64,000 nt of DNA from an uncultured Ignavibacteriales bacterium (GCA_964464605.1 CAYXJN010000009.1:1-64000), one strand, 5' to 3'; shown: positions 26,300 through 37,060, counted from the first letter of the stretch. Notes: generated by a model not told the origin, from the letters alone. Program-made: numbers and translations.

Positions 26300-28570
26300 C
26301 TATCGGAAATTCACATCTACTAATTCAGGATGTTCCGAGAGATACTTTTGTTCTTCTTCAGCCAGACGGCGCTTGTAGTTTTCCCGCTGAACATCTTTCG
26401 ACATCGGCATCGGCGCGTCATCATAACGAAGCCGTGCGGTAGGTGACGCATTACCTTCGTCGCTCAACCAATCCATAACGGAGTTGAATACCGTCTGCAT
26501 GGAAGTCTGTTCCATTACGACCGGCGTGAAATTGAAATGTACCGTGCGATACAAGCCGGTATTAAACCGATGGGCACACGGGGCACCCTGGAATGAATAC
26601 GGGCCGCCCAACGGATGTTGGTTTTCATAATATGAGCGATACAGGTACAAGCCTTCCGTTCCCGGCGTCAAACGCTGCGACCAGTTAACTTCCGGCAGGG
26701 CAGGTGCACCACGAAGACCATGTGCCGGGTCGCCAAGCCACGCCAGCGACGTGTAAATGGTATCAATTGGGTTACCATCTTCGTCAGTAATAACGTTCGT
26801 AAAGTTTCCAGACCATGAAGCAATGGCAGGGTTACCTAATCTCGCCGAATCAACAGAAACATCCGGCCAGCCCGGGTCTCCGGCTAACAATGAAAACCCG
26901 CCGACAAAATCTTCAATTCTGAAAATCGGGCAGACGGCATAGTTAAAGGCGTGACAGAAAAAGCCACCATACGCCATACCAACTACGCCAAAGTAGGTTG
27001 TATAGCCGGGGTTGCGCGGGGTAAGAATAAGCTCAGTTGCTTCATTGGGACCAGTCGGCGTTCCAACAGAAAGCGGCGAACGCGCGGTAACCCAGGCATT
27101 AACACCACCGTCAATAGCCGTAAACACCGGCGTATAATAATTTGCCTGGAAATCCAAGTTTGCTGCTGCAGTATTGTCGTTATACAGAATAACTACTTTG
27201 TGACTTAAGAGCCATGATATAGGGATTCGTCGGCCAGCGCCATAACGCTGAATACTGACATAGTCTCCAATACCGGTCAGCGTATCCATCACCGTATCGA
27301 AGACAACAGTAGGATCCCACGACGTCATGGCATTTTTGAAATATTCTTTAGTCGCCTGCTGGGAAATGGTCGGAGAATACAATGGATTCCCGCGAAATGT
27401 AAAGTCAACGACAATAGCACTGCGTTCATACCGTGGATCGATGACGTGAACGAAACGATAAGTCGGCACTAAATCAGGCACCTTGGCATCATCCCGACTG
27501 CGCAGCCAGAATAGGAACTGACGCTGGGTAGTGGTGGAACTGGTAGAATTGGCAAACACGTTATAGATCGTATCTGCTGTTTTCGTTACCCAACTATCCC
27601 CGTCAAATGAACTTGCAGCTAAACGATATTTCCCGGTGACCGGTGCGGTATCACTGACGAATGCGGGAGCGTTTGCCAGGAATGTTTCCTCGAAAACCCC
27701 ATAGTCGGCTCCAAAAATCTGGGCGATTCTGTTGGTATTGGCAACCGTTACCGTTACGGTATCGCAATCGGTGCTGTCCTCATTACAGTTAATGAGTGTA
27801 TCACCGATATCGAAAACTTTACCTTCACGAGTAACGAACCTTTTCACCACAAACTGCGTCCGCAGAGTAGTGACTTCTGCATCCGTATATGGTCCAAACA
27901 GTTTCCACTCGAATTCAAACGGCGGTGGATCAGACGGGTAGTCGATCGGGTCTGTCCCTTGCCAGTTAAAGCGAACACCGGTAATGATACCGCCTGCAGT
28001 CGGAGCATTCACATAGGGAGCATCTTTCGTTCCGGTCAAACTATTGAAGAGTAATGTTTGCGGCGGATTATCGTTACGGGAGAACAAGCGATATTCGACA
28101 TCAGAGGACTGACCCTCATTGTCATACGCCTGAATAAAAACATACTGTGATACGAATGAGAGTACCGGGTCAAGTGAATCCGCAACCAGAGAAATCGATA
28201 CCTGTGTCTGTTGGCTGTTCACACCGGTGGGGTCGACTTCAAGGTATACCCAAGCCGAAGAATCCGCGGCGGCGATATACTGCTCCGGCGTTTGCGCACC
28301 GAGCACAGAAACAGTAGCGACATGATAGCGATAGAAGGAAATCACACCGTCGACATCGGTGCCGTACCAATACACAACCGGGTTACGCGAAAATTGCTGG
28401 CCATCCGGCGGAATATTAACGAACTGAACAGACGGTTTGGTATTTGCCTTTAAATCACCGCTCAAATTCTTGGCGCATCCGGAAAACAGAACCGCGATCA
28501 TGGTCGCGACAAACAGAAGTATGCCCAGGAGCGGTCTGATATATGAATGAGTAAATGTCCGTGTTATCAT
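26300..28570 (-). CDS. Large hypothetical lipoprotein (756 aa), third gene of an outer-membrane module
   Basis: Signal peptide with lipobox LFSGC. No recognisable catalytic motifs. Lies 22 nt downstream of the PorV-like gene. Confidence 0.6.
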   Translation of the reverse strand: MITRTFTHSYIRPLLGILLFVATMIAVLFSGCAKNLSGDLKANTKPSVQFVNIPPDGQQFSRNPVVYWYGTDVDGVISFYRYHVATVSVLGAQTPEQYIAAADSSAWVYLEVDPTGVNSQQTQVSISLVADSLDPVLSFVSQYVFIQAYDNEGQSSDVEYRLFSRNDNPPQTLLFNSLTGTKDAPYVNAPTAGGIITGVRFNWQGTDPIDYPSDPPPFEFEWKLFGPYTDAEVTTLRTQFVVKRFVTREGKVFDIGDTLINCNEDSTDCDTVTVTVANTNRIAQIFGADYGVFEETFLANAPAFVSDTAPVTGKYRLAASSFDGDSWVTKTADTIYNVFANSTSSTTTQRQFLFWLRSRDDAKVPDLVPTYRFVHVIDPRYERSAIVVDFTFRGNPLYSPTISQQATKEYFKNAMTSWDPTVVFDTVMDTLTGIGDYVSIQRYGAGRRIPISWLLSHKVVILYNDNTAAANLDFQANYYTPVFTAIDGGVNAWVTARSPLSVGTPTGPNEATELILTPRNPGYTTYFGVVGMAYGGFFCHAFNYAVCPIFRIEDFVGGFSLLAGDPGWPDVSVDSARLGNPAIASWSGNFTNVITDEDGNPIDTIYTSLAWLGDPAHGLRGAPALPEVNWSQRLTPGTEGLYLYRSYYENQHPLGGPYSFQGAPCAHRFNTGLYRTVHFNFTPVVMEQTSMQTVFNSVMDWLSDEGNASPTARLRYDDAPMPMSKDVQRENYKRRLAEEEQKYLSEHPELVDVNFR

Positions 28571-28592
28571 GATTGTTTATCTCTTCCTTTTA

Positions 28593-29546
28593 TCAGAATG
28601 CCATGTTGAGCGTGAAACGGTGCACTTCAGTCAGGATACCGAAATCCTGAAATGCGTAATCGACACGCAATTCCCGCTCTTCACCGAACGGCACGCGAAG
28701 ACCGCCGCCGAGGGTGAAACCGTCAACATCGTAATTAAACCGACCGCCTGCGCGCAGGGCGACAAACTCTTTGAATATCCATTCAGCGCCGGCATTGAAT
28801 TTTTCAAGATTATCGGACGGATGCGAACCTTCAGCGGAGAATGTCAGTACATTGTCCGCCTGTTCAAGCACGTTAATCGATCCGCCGAACTTGAAGTTAA
28901 TTGGCAGCGGATAGGCATTGTCGATGAACCGCATATCCGGACCGAAATTAGTAATCGCCATGCCGATACGGAAATTACGGAAACCGGTGTTGTAGCTGGT
29001 ACCGACATCGGCTGACCAGCCGTTCGCACCGTAATCATGAGCGCGCTCAAAAATACCGCGAACGGTAAATCCGACTGAGAAGCGATCGGTCAAATACCGA
29101 CCGTAGCTAATACCTGCTGCAAGCGCGTTATAGGCAAATGAACGTCCGGTACCGTTGATGGTACCATCTTCGTAGGTCGTTTCAATCATATCACCCGATG
29201 TCAAACCGGTGGCACTGAAAGCCAGCACACCGCCGATAGACTCAAGCGGCAATCCGAATGCGGCAAACCCGAAACCGACATCAGCCGGCATCGCCACATA
29301 CGAAACAGCCATTTCTTTGCCGTACAGGGTAGTCAATCCGGCGGGATTATAATAAACTGCGGTAATGTCATCTACGACAGCGGTAAATGCTTCTGCCATT
29401 CCCATAGCGCGGGCAGATACGCCAAGCTCAAGAAACTGAGCGCCGGTAGTTCCGACTTTCGCCTGTCCAAAGGAATCACTTGCCGCAAACAGCAGCACAC
29501 CGAGTATCGGCAGCGCTATACTGCGCGACCATTTCCGGATACGCAT
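28593..29546 (-). CDS. PorV/PorQ/FadL-like outer-membrane beta-barrel protein
   Basis: Start placed at MRIRKWSRSIALPILGVLLFAASDSFGQA (signal peptide). Motifs ARAMGMAEAFTA and VYYNPAGL recall the PorV/PorQ/UPF0164 family; ends in a C-terminal Phe. Family assignment is from memory only. Confidence 0.4.
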   Translation of the reverse strand: MRIRKWSRSIALPILGVLLFAASDSFGQAKVGTTGAQFLELGVSARAMGMAEAFTAVVDDITAVYYNPAGLTTLYGKEMAVSYVAMPADVGFGFAAFGLPLESIGGVLAFSATGLTSGDMIETTYEDGTINGTGRSFAYNALAAGISYGRYLTDRFSVGFTVRGIFERAHDYGANGWSADVGTSYNTGFRNFRIGMAITNFGPDMRFIDNAYPLPINFKFGGSINVLEQADNVLTFSAEGSHPSDNLEKFNAGAEWIFKEFVALRAGGRFNYDVDGFTLGGGLRVPFGEERELRVDYAFQDFGILTEVHRFTLNMAF

Positions 29547-29623
29547 AGTTTTGCTGCGGATTCGTCGAGAAGATATCATACGATTCTCCAACTCTTCTGT
29601 CACAAACATCATCATATTCATGG

Positions 29624-32600
29624 TTAGAGATTAACCTCCAAACCGAGGCGAATCTGGCGGCCATAGTCCCAGTTACCCGGGTTTGCATCATACTCGGTGC
29701 CACCGTGCACAACGTCGTTCTGCACTTGCTGGGTGTCGGGGCGGCCGGTGCTGGCATACACTGAGTTTACATTTCTGCTATTGAAGATATTTTCAATCCA
29801 GACAATGAAACTGTAATCGATTCCGACGAAGTGGAAATCCTTATTGAAGCGAACGTCAAAGTTGACGATAGCGGGTTTGCGCAGTGAGTTGCGCTGAATA
29901 TCTTCACCGACGTTGGTCACGATACCCGGATAGTTACGATCCGGCGTGAACGGACGGCCGCTTTCGATAATCGTTTCAACCGACAATGACCAGCCGTTCG
30001 GTATCCGCATACCGAACATACGCGGCTTCACCGTGCTCGGAATGTAGACCTGCACCGCGCTCTTTAAGGAGTGGCGCACATCGTTATCCAAAGGCGCTTC
30101 GGCAAGCGGTTCACGGGACAATTCAAACGGGGTACCAAATTCACGGGAAGCTTCCGACGCTTTCCCGAAGGCAAACGCGTACGTATAGCTGACAGAGCCG
30201 TTCACGTATCCGCCGCCCCGTTTTTCAATCGTCAACTCGAACCCGCGGCTGCGGCCGTAGTCGGAGTTTTCGTAACGCTGTTTCTGAATATTTTCAATCG
30301 TCACGCTCTGACGGTTGATCTTGTCGAATTCATCTTTGAAGTAACCGGAAATGTCAGCCGAGTAGGTTTCGCTGATTGCATATTTAACACCGAATGAATA
30401 CTGAACGGTCTTTTGATAATCCAGATTGTAGTTTCCGATAACCGTGTTTGCATCGACCGAAACGGTGTTACGACGGAACATCTGCTCCAATTCCGGAAGC
30501 TGGAAGAAGTGTCCGTAGTTGAAGTAGACTTTCGCTTTGTCCGAAATTGGATAGGAGAACCCGACACGGGGAGACAATTTCTGACGATCACCCAGAATAA
30601 TACCGGAGCTCAAATCGTCATTTTGAGCGACAGGAACCAGTTTGTCTTTATCCTGAATAAAGAAGTCCCAGCGCAGACCCAATGATGCAATCATTGAACC
30701 GTATTCCACTTTATCGCGGAAGTATACTGTTCCCGCCCACGGCTCATAGGCAAAGATATCACGGAAAGAACCGCGGTCGGCATACGGACCACCGTCGTTA
30801 CGACCGGTGTACGCCAGGTACGGCGCTTCGATTTCTGTCTGCTCAAAATCAAGTCGCCGAATTGCGGTACCGGCTTTGAGTTCGTGACGTCCTACCTGCC
30901 AGAAGGTCTTCAACTCGGCGCGATAGGTTTTGGTCTTTTGCTGGTGCCAGACGGCATCGGTACTGTAATTCAACGGATCAAGGAAGCTTCCGGATCCGCC
31001 GTAATCATAAATTCCGTTACCATTCTTATCGGTGTACGGTTCACCGTCATCAAATCGCTGATTTGGTGCATCATAAATACCGTTACCATTGCGATCAAGG
31101 TACGGCACACCTAATGACCAGAGACTTCCCGGGCCATTGTGTAAACCGTCATGGTTCAAGTCCTGATTTTCCGGACCAGTCGAACGGATGAAAATATCGA
31201 CGCCGTTATCAAAGAGCCCGTTTCCGTTGCGATCGGTAAACGGTTCGCCGAGGATTGAATCACCGTCGATGTACGGTTCCGGCGTACGGTTATTGATCGG
31301 TGAAATACGTTCACCGTCCAAAATGCCGTTTCCGTTTTTGTCCTGAAGATAATCCCCTTCATCCCATACGCCGTTTTTATTCAGGTCAATGAACGCTTCA
31401 CCTTCAAGGTTATCGAGCTTGCCGTTATCATTAAAACGGAAGGATGACGGTGTCTGGGTGCCACCTTGCGCATTTTCTTCAATTAAGGCTTCGCCGAACG
31501 TATAGGCCGGACCGGTAAGGTCGGTGCCGTAAATAGCGGTGTCGGGGAAGATATTGATGACCGGTTCCGGTGCATCATACACGCCGTTTTCATTTCTGTC
31601 TTCATAGGTTTCCCATTCGTAATCAAACAGGAAATCATCAGGATTCAAGCCTTCACCCGGGTTGTTCGGGTCACCCGGCTGCTGGAGGAATTCGGCGTCA
31701 TTATATGAGAGCACTAATTCATAGTTCAAATTACGACGAACGGCCTGTGAAACTTCCATTGAAAGTGTCCGCCAAGCGTCCCGGTATACCGGAGCGGTAC
31801 GAGCTGAGTACCGGTAGTTCCAGTCGAAATACTGCCCTTCAGTCTGTGAGCGCTTGTATGAAAGAATCAAACGCAGGTCCTGACGGGGACGGAATTTCAG
31901 GTTCGACATATAGTAGTAGCGATTGATGCGGCGTTCCGGAATTTCAAAGCTCAACAGCTTGAAGTTTTCGTACGGACGATACGTAATGTCGGTGTTGTAA
32001 TCATCATACTGAAAGACACCGTCATTCTTTTCCATTTCCGCATACAGGTAATAGGTAAATTCTTTGTCCTCAAGAAACTTCATGCCCAGTGCCGGAAAAA
32101 CGCGTTTGGTTAAAATCGGATCCGGACCGGAAATAGAGAACCGGACGAAGTCACTGTTACGGGAATATTCATTGAGCGTCTTGTTGCCGAAATCGTCAGT
32201 GATATACTGCGCGTTGATACGGGTATTATCTTTATCACCGGTCTGCGTGGTGATTTTCACAACGCCGGAGAGCGCGTCACCGTATTCGGGATCGAACCCG
32301 TCTTTAATAACGGTGAATTCCTGAATCGAGCCAGATACTAACGAAAGGTTTGCACCTGCCTGCTGACCTAACCCACCCAGCAGATTGTTAATCGGCACAC
32401 CGTCAAGAATGTAGGCAACTTCACCGGCGCGACCACCGCGAATGAAAACCTGTCCTTGTGAGTTCTGCACCACACCGGCGACCTGCGTTAATAACTGGTC
32501 AACCGTCGTTACCGGCTGCTGTTTGATCGTTTCTTTGCTGATACTTTTTTCGTTGTTGGTCACGAATTTGTCGATGATATCCTTCGTGCCTTTGACGGTA

Positions 32601-32968
32601 ATCGTCTTACCGATATCAGTCGCTTCTGTTTTGGCAAGCTTCTGATTCATTTCCGTCGTCAAGTCAGTCTTAACTTCGATATCGGTAACTTCGATTGACG
32701 AGTATCCGATGTACGTAACTTTGACGGTGTAAATACCCGGTTCAACGCGCAAAATGGTGAATTCACCGTTCACGTCTGTTTTCGCACCGAGCGCTTTGCC
32801 GACGATAATAACAGACGCGCCGTATACCGCTTCACCCGTCTCTTTGTCGACAATCTTTCCCTTGATTTGCCCGTACGCGGCTGCGAAAACCGACACCGGC
32901 ATACATGCAGCAAGCACTAATACCAGAACGGCGGCTACTGCTGTGTGAATCCCTGACCTAACTTTCAT
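29624..32968 (-). CDS. TonB-dependent-receptor-like outer membrane protein (CarboxypepD_reg + plug + barrel) with inserted thrombospondin-type-3-like Ca-binding repeats
   Basis: Signal peptide. N-terminal CarboxypepD_reg-like fold (GKIVDKETGEAVYGASVIIVG...DVNGEF). Plug motif (VFIRGGRAGEVAYILDGVPIN). Five or more D-x-N/D-G-N-G-x-x-D repeats between residues ~450-650 (DRNGNGLFDNGVD, DKNGNGIYDYGG...). GGAGGT RBS 8 nt upstream. Confidence 0.65.
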   Translation of the reverse strand: MKVRSGIHTAVAAVLVLVLAACMPVSVFAAAYGQIKGKIVDKETGEAVYGASVIIVGKALGAKTDVNGEFTILRVEPGIYTVKVTYIGYSSIEVTDIEVKTDLTTEMNQKLAKTEATDIGKTITVKGTKDIIDKFVTNNEKSISKETIKQQPVTTVDQLLTQVAGVVQNSQGQVFIRGGRAGEVAYILDGVPINNLLGGLGQQAGANLSLVSGSIQEFTVIKDGFDPEYGDALSGVVKITTQTGDKDNTRINAQYITDDFGNKTLNEYSRNSDFVRFSISGPDPILTKRVFPALGMKFLEDKEFTYYLYAEMEKNDGVFQYDDYNTDITYRPYENFKLLSFEIPERRINRYYYMSNLKFRPRQDLRLILSYKRSQTEGQYFDWNYRYSARTAPVYRDAWRTLSMEVSQAVRRNLNYELVLSYNDAEFLQQPGDPNNPGEGLNPDDFLFDYEWETYEDRNENGVYDAPEPVINIFPDTAIYGTDLTGPAYTFGEALIEENAQGGTQTPSSFRFNDNGKLDNLEGEAFIDLNKNGVWDEGDYLQDKNGNGILDGERISPINNRTPEPYIDGDSILGEPFTDRNGNGLFDNGVDIFIRSTGPENQDLNHDGLHNGPGSLWSLGVPYLDRNGNGIYDAPNQRFDDGEPYTDKNGNGIYDYGGSGSFLDPLNYSTDAVWHQQKTKTYRAELKTFWQVGRHELKAGTAIRRLDFEQTEIEAPYLAYTGRNDGGPYADRGSFRDIFAYEPWAGTVYFRDKVEYGSMIASLGLRWDFFIQDKDKLVPVAQNDDLSSGIILGDRQKLSPRVGFSYPISDKAKVYFNYGHFFQLPELEQMFRRNTVSVDANTVIGNYNLDYQKTVQYSFGVKYAISETYSADISGYFKDEFDKINRQSVTIENIQKQRYENSDYGRSRGFELTIEKRGGGYVNGSVSYTYAFAFGKASEASREFGTPFELSREPLAEAPLDNDVRHSLKSAVQVYIPSTVKPRMFGMRIPNGWSLSVETIIESGRPFTPDRNYPGIVTNVGEDIQRNSLRKPAIVNFDVRFNKDFHFVGIDYSFIVWIENIFNSRNVNSVYASTGRPDTQQVQNDVVHGGTEYDANPGNWDYGRQIRLGLEVNL

Positions 32969-33245
32969 CGTCGTCTATTACCTCCAACTTTCGGTTGGCA
33001 TCTCATCTCATACCTATAAGTGATTTCTACAGCGTGGGATACAGCGGTTTCTTAGAACCGAAACAGAGTACTGTTTGAAATCTGTAACGTTACCAAAAAA
33101 CGGGGGTTAGAACCTTTTGTCTCTATCACCCATCTGCTTATCTCACAGCCAGTAATAGTATTCTGACAGGCGGTAGGCCGTCAAGCGATATTTTCCTATC
33201 ACCGGCAATCACTTGTGAAAATGACTCCCCAGACCGCCGATTTGT

Positions 33246-34031
33246 TTAATCGGGAGACCGCTTGCTCAGTAGATCCCCCCGAATTTGAACCAGCCGGTTG
33301 GCCAAAAATTCCTCTGCGCGACCCGACAATACGGCATCTTTTGCCCTTGAAACGCCAAACTTTCCGCTCATGGTTGATGCGAATAATCTGGAGAGCGTTT
33401 CGAATTCAGCCGATGTACTCTGTTCAAGTGATTGCATCCGCTCAACCGTTTCCGGCAGCCGTAAAGCAGGATGCGACGCAACTCCATGCAGCTTAATAGC
33501 TCCGTGCTGAAAGAAGACCTGCTGTGTCACCCTGGCAGCCGATGCCACCACCTTAGCCTGCTCAGAAACGATTTCATAGCGCGCCTGTGATGCAAAACAG
33601 GGGGCCTTGTGCAAATCATCGGAAACGCCCGCAAACCGCTTTGTTGCCCGCAAAAACTGCGCTTGCAGCCCGGTTTGGTTAATAAATGAAACGAGTCCCT
33701 GAGCAACTGTCGCCGCTATACCCGATGATTTTCTTGTACCCGCGGTATCCAGATTGATAGCGATCGCATAGGTTAATTCTGAAGTGTCATGGTACAGCGC
33801 CCGCCCGCCGGTGATTCTTCGGATGACCGGAGTCACCCCCACCTGCTGCCAATCAAGTGCCGATTCTTTGTTTTGATTATAACCAATCGTAATAGTCCCC
33901 GGCAGCCAGGAATACGTTCGTAACAATACTGCACCGGATTGTTGCGAAGCCTGCCACATCAGCGCTTCGTCGAACGCCATGTTAAAAGCGGGTTCCGCCT
34001 CAAAATGCCTGAAAAACTGAACGTCAACCAT
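33246..34031 (-). CDS. Lipoate-protein ligase / octanoyltransferase family protein (BPL_LplA_LipB)
   Basis: RRITGGRALYHD motif of the biotin/lipoate A/B protein ligase family; 261 aa. Confidence 0.7.
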   Translation of the reverse strand: MVDVQFFRHFEAEPAFNMAFDEALMWQASQQSGAVLLRTYSWLPGTITIGYNQNKESALDWQQVGVTPVIRRITGGRALYHDTSELTYAIAINLDTAGTRKSSGIAATVAQGLVSFINQTGLQAQFLRATKRFAGVSDDLHKAPCFASQARYEIVSEQAKVVASAARVTQQVFFQHGAIKLHGVASHPALRLPETVERMQSLEQSTSAEFETLSRLFASTMSGKFGVSRAKDAVLSGRAEEFLANRLVQIRGDLLSKRSPD

Positions 34032-34105
34032 GCAGAAAATATAAGAAATGAATATGAGCAGGGAAACGTGGTCTTATGATAAAAATGGGAATCTACAAAC
34101 GCGAA

Positions 34106-37060
34106 TTACTGCTGTTTTTCAGCGAATTGATCTGGATCGATATTATGCTGCTTGAGTTTCAAGCGAAGGGTCGACTCCGGAATATTCAAACGGGCCGCTG
34201 CATGTTTTTTCACGCCGCCTGATTCCTGCATCGCTTTCATAATAAAGCGGCGCTCATGATTGTTCAGATAATCATACAACGTGAAGGATTCCGAGAAAGT
34301 AACCTCCGAGCCATTGCCATTACCGTTTCCATTACTGGAGTGAGTAATCGGAACTGGAGCAACGCAGGCGCTTGAATCGATACGGGTCGAGAGCAGATTG
34401 GTGCCGATCTCTTCCGCATCACCGGATAACAAAACCAATTTCTTAATTTCATTGTCCAGTTCACGGATATTGCCGGGCCAGTCATAGGCAATCAATTTCT
34501 GCAGCGCTGCCGGATGTAACCGTTTTCCGCTGCCGGAAAGCAGGTTGGCAATAAGAAGTGGAATATCCTCTTTTCGTTCACGCAAGGGGGGCAGACGGAA
34601 ACTGAGGGCGGAAAGACGATAGTACAAGTCCTGACGGAACTGTCCACTTGCCATAAGTTCTTTTAAATCACGATTGGTTGCCGAAATAACGCGCACATCC
34701 ACCTTACGCGGCTGCGTTTCACCGAGGCGAACGATCTCTTTGTTTTCCAACACCCGGAGAATTTTGGCTTGAACATTAAGCGGCATATCGCCGATTTCAT
34801 CAAGAAAGAATGTTCCGCCGTTCGCTTCTTCAAAAAGTCCGGCTTTGTCTCGGTCGGCACCGGTAAATGCTCCGCGATGATACCCGAATAGTTCGGATTC
34901 AAGCAGTGTTTCCGGAAGCGCGGCACAGTTGACTGAAATAAAGCGGCTTTCTTTTCTGTCTGAATTAAAATGAATCGCGCGGGCTAATAGGTCCTTTCCG
35001 CAGCCGGTTTCCCCTTCGATACTGACGGAAATATTCGAATTTACAATCTGGCGAACCTGTGCGAGAATATCGAGCATTTCCCTGTTCTGCGTAATGATAT
35101 TCGGGAAGGCTACTTTCTCCATCAACTGCGTGGTCAAGCGGCGGTTGTCTTCAAGCAGGCGGTTCTTTTGGAACTCAGTGAACTTGTAGGCGATCAGGTC
35201 GGAAAATCCTACCGCAAAATTCAATTCGACCTGACTGAACGTATTAATGCTATTGGTATTCGTCAGTTTGTCGAGATACAAGAATCCGCTGCTGCCGTCG
35301 CTTAATGTAAACGGCACAACTAAAATACAAGCCACTACCACCGGCATTTCGGCAAATAACTCTTTGATGAATGGGTCACGGCGGCAATCAATGAGCAGCG
35401 TCGGACGGGTTTTCGAAATCTCCTGTCCTACCAGCCGCTCAAATCCGGCTTTGAATTTCTGTTCACCAGACGGGGTCATATCGAACGTCGACACTAACAC
35501 GCGCTGACCAGCTTCCTGCGCAAGCATAATGGCGCGGTCAGAACCGGTACGAACCCGGACGATTTCGAGAATATTTTTGAGTTCCCCTTCTTTAATCTGC
35601 GAATACTCAGCGGGGGTAAACAGATTGCCAAAAATCTTGTATTCATTTTCAGAAGAAATAGAAAGCGCCACCGCCTGTTCAGACAATGTGGTTAACAATC
35701 TATTCACTGCGCGCACCCGGGCGGATTCATCAAGTGCTGAGAAGATACGTTCCGCGCGGCTCAAATGACGGAATCCTGAACCAAGGTCTCCACCCTGACA
35801 GGAGAGCATACCGGTACGGAATTCGGTTTCCGCAATCCAGTATTCCGATTTCAACTGTTTGAACAAACGAATAGCCTGTTCACCGACACTCCGCACATGC
35901 TCGCGAGAGGCATTGCGGTCGGTCATCAGAATATCGATAAAGGAAACATGAGCGCGGGCATATTCGTACGGGTCACCCAATTCTCTCAATAGATCAAGCG
36001 CCTGACGAATATATTCATTGGCATCATCCTGCTTATTCTGGGCAGCGAAGACACGCGCGATCGCATGTTTCGCCATGGCTATTTCCGCTTTTTCACCAAG
36101 TTCAATCGACAAATCGAGCGCTTTTTGCGCGTACTTCATCGCTTCGCCGACATTATCTAAAGCGAGTTCAACTTCGGCCAAACGGCGGACGGTCTGCGAA
36201 ATCAACGCCGAATTCGGAGCAAGCAACGTTCCTTTGCTGTAGGCATCGTTCAAGATTGCTTTAGCGCGGAAATACTCCCCTTTTTCATAGGCCAGTTCAC
36301 CGGCGTACTCAAGGTAAATAATCGCTTCACGCTTGGCATCGATACGGGTTATCACGACATGCGCTTTATCCAACTGCTTGCTTGCCAGCGCAAACTGACG
36401 GCGGCGAAGGGCAAGATACCCGAGCGATAACAAGTTCGCCGCCTGCGAGAATTCTTCGTTATGCGCTTCCGAATAACTGAGCGCTTCCGTTAATGCTGTT
36501 TCCGCTTCCGGCCATTCCCCAAGCTGTAAGCGAATACGGCCAATATTACCGACTATCTGTAAACGTTTGCGCGGATTGTTTTGCACCAACTCAAGCGCTT
36601 CGGTCAAAAATCCAAGCGCCATCCGGTATTCACTTCGAATGAACGCGACACGACCGAGTTCATTTAACGAATCGACCTGGCCGACCTGATCGGATGCCCG
36701 ACGAAACGCCGCAAGCGCATCCCGCGCGCGAATATCTGCGTTACGAAGATCACCGACCGCACTGTATGATTTGGATAAATGACGCTGAACGGCGCCGTAA
36801 CGACGATTTAAGGGAAGATCAGCAAGTATTCTCGCTGCTTTCAGACCGGACTCAATGGCTTGGCGATAATGCCCCTCTATATATGACTTCTCCGCCTGCA
36901 AAAGCAGGAAAAGACCAAGCTCATGTTCGCTTGCAGCAAATTCTGCTTCAGTCAACAAAGACAGATCAGTAATAGCAGCCTGATTCTGGTGCTGACGAAA
37001 AAGCTCTTCGATCGCTAAAAGGCGACCATCAAAGGACAACGACTGTGAGGGTGAGGCCAT
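34106..37060 (-). CDS. Sigma-54-dependent transcriptional activator with N-terminal TPR-repeat sensor region
   Basis: About 450 aa of TPR-like repeats. AAA+ sigma-54 interaction domain (GETGCGKDLLARAIH, GAFTGA, DEIGDMPLNVQAKILRVLE). (NG)4 linker, then a C-terminal Fis-type HTH. Confidence 0.85.
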   Translation of the reverse strand: MASPSQSLSFDGRLLAIEELFRQHQNQAAITDLSLLTEAEFAASEHELGLFLLLQAEKSYIEGHYRQAIESGLKAARILADLPLNRRYGAVQRHLSKSYSAVGDLRNADIRARDALAAFRRASDQVGQVDSLNELGRVAFIRSEYRMALGFLTEALELVQNNPRKRLQIVGNIGRIRLQLGEWPEAETALTEALSYSEAHNEEFSQAANLLSLGYLALRRRQFALASKQLDKAHVVITRIDAKREAIIYLEYAGELAYEKGEYFRAKAILNDAYSKGTLLAPNSALISQTVRRLAEVELALDNVGEAMKYAQKALDLSIELGEKAEIAMAKHAIARVFAAQNKQDDANEYIRQALDLLRELGDPYEYARAHVSFIDILMTDRNASREHVRSVGEQAIRLFKQLKSEYWIAETEFRTGMLSCQGGDLGSGFRHLSRAERIFSALDESARVRAVNRLLTTLSEQAVALSISSENEYKIFGNLFTPAEYSQIKEGELKNILEIVRVRTGSDRAIMLAQEAGQRVLVSTFDMTPSGEQKFKAGFERLVGQEISKTRPTLLIDCRRDPFIKELFAEMPVVVACILVVPFTLSDGSSGFLYLDKLTNTNSINTFSQVELNFAVGFSDLIAYKFTEFQKNRLLEDNRRLTTQLMEKVAFPNIITQNREMLDILAQVRQIVNSNISVSIEGETGCGKDLLARAIHFNSDRKESRFISVNCAALPETLLESELFGYHRGAFTGADRDKAGLFEEANGGTFFLDEIGDMPLNVQAKILRVLENKEIVRLGETQPRKVDVRVISATNRDLKELMASGQFRQDLYYRLSALSFRLPPLRERKEDIPLLIANLLSGSGKRLHPAALQKLIAYDWPGNIRELDNEIKKLVLLSGDAEEIGTNLLSTRIDSSACVAPVPITHSSNGNGNGNGSEVTFSESFTLYDYLNNHERRFIMKAMQESGGVKKHAAARLNIPESTLRLKLKQHNIDPDQFAEKQQ

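Noticed and set aside
28593-29621. Long form of the PorV-like gene starting at MNMMMF
   Set aside because: It would place 25 residues ahead of an obvious signal peptide (MRIRKWSRSIALPILGVLLFAASDSFG), which is incompatible with Sec export. The start at 29546 is preferred, though the tight 2-nt spacing of the long form to the upstream gene is noted.
34300-34345. Hexanucleotide tandem repeat (CCATTG/CCATTA) in the activator gene
   Set aside because: It encodes an in-frame (NG)4 linker inside the CDS. A short coding microsatellite, not a regulatory repeat.
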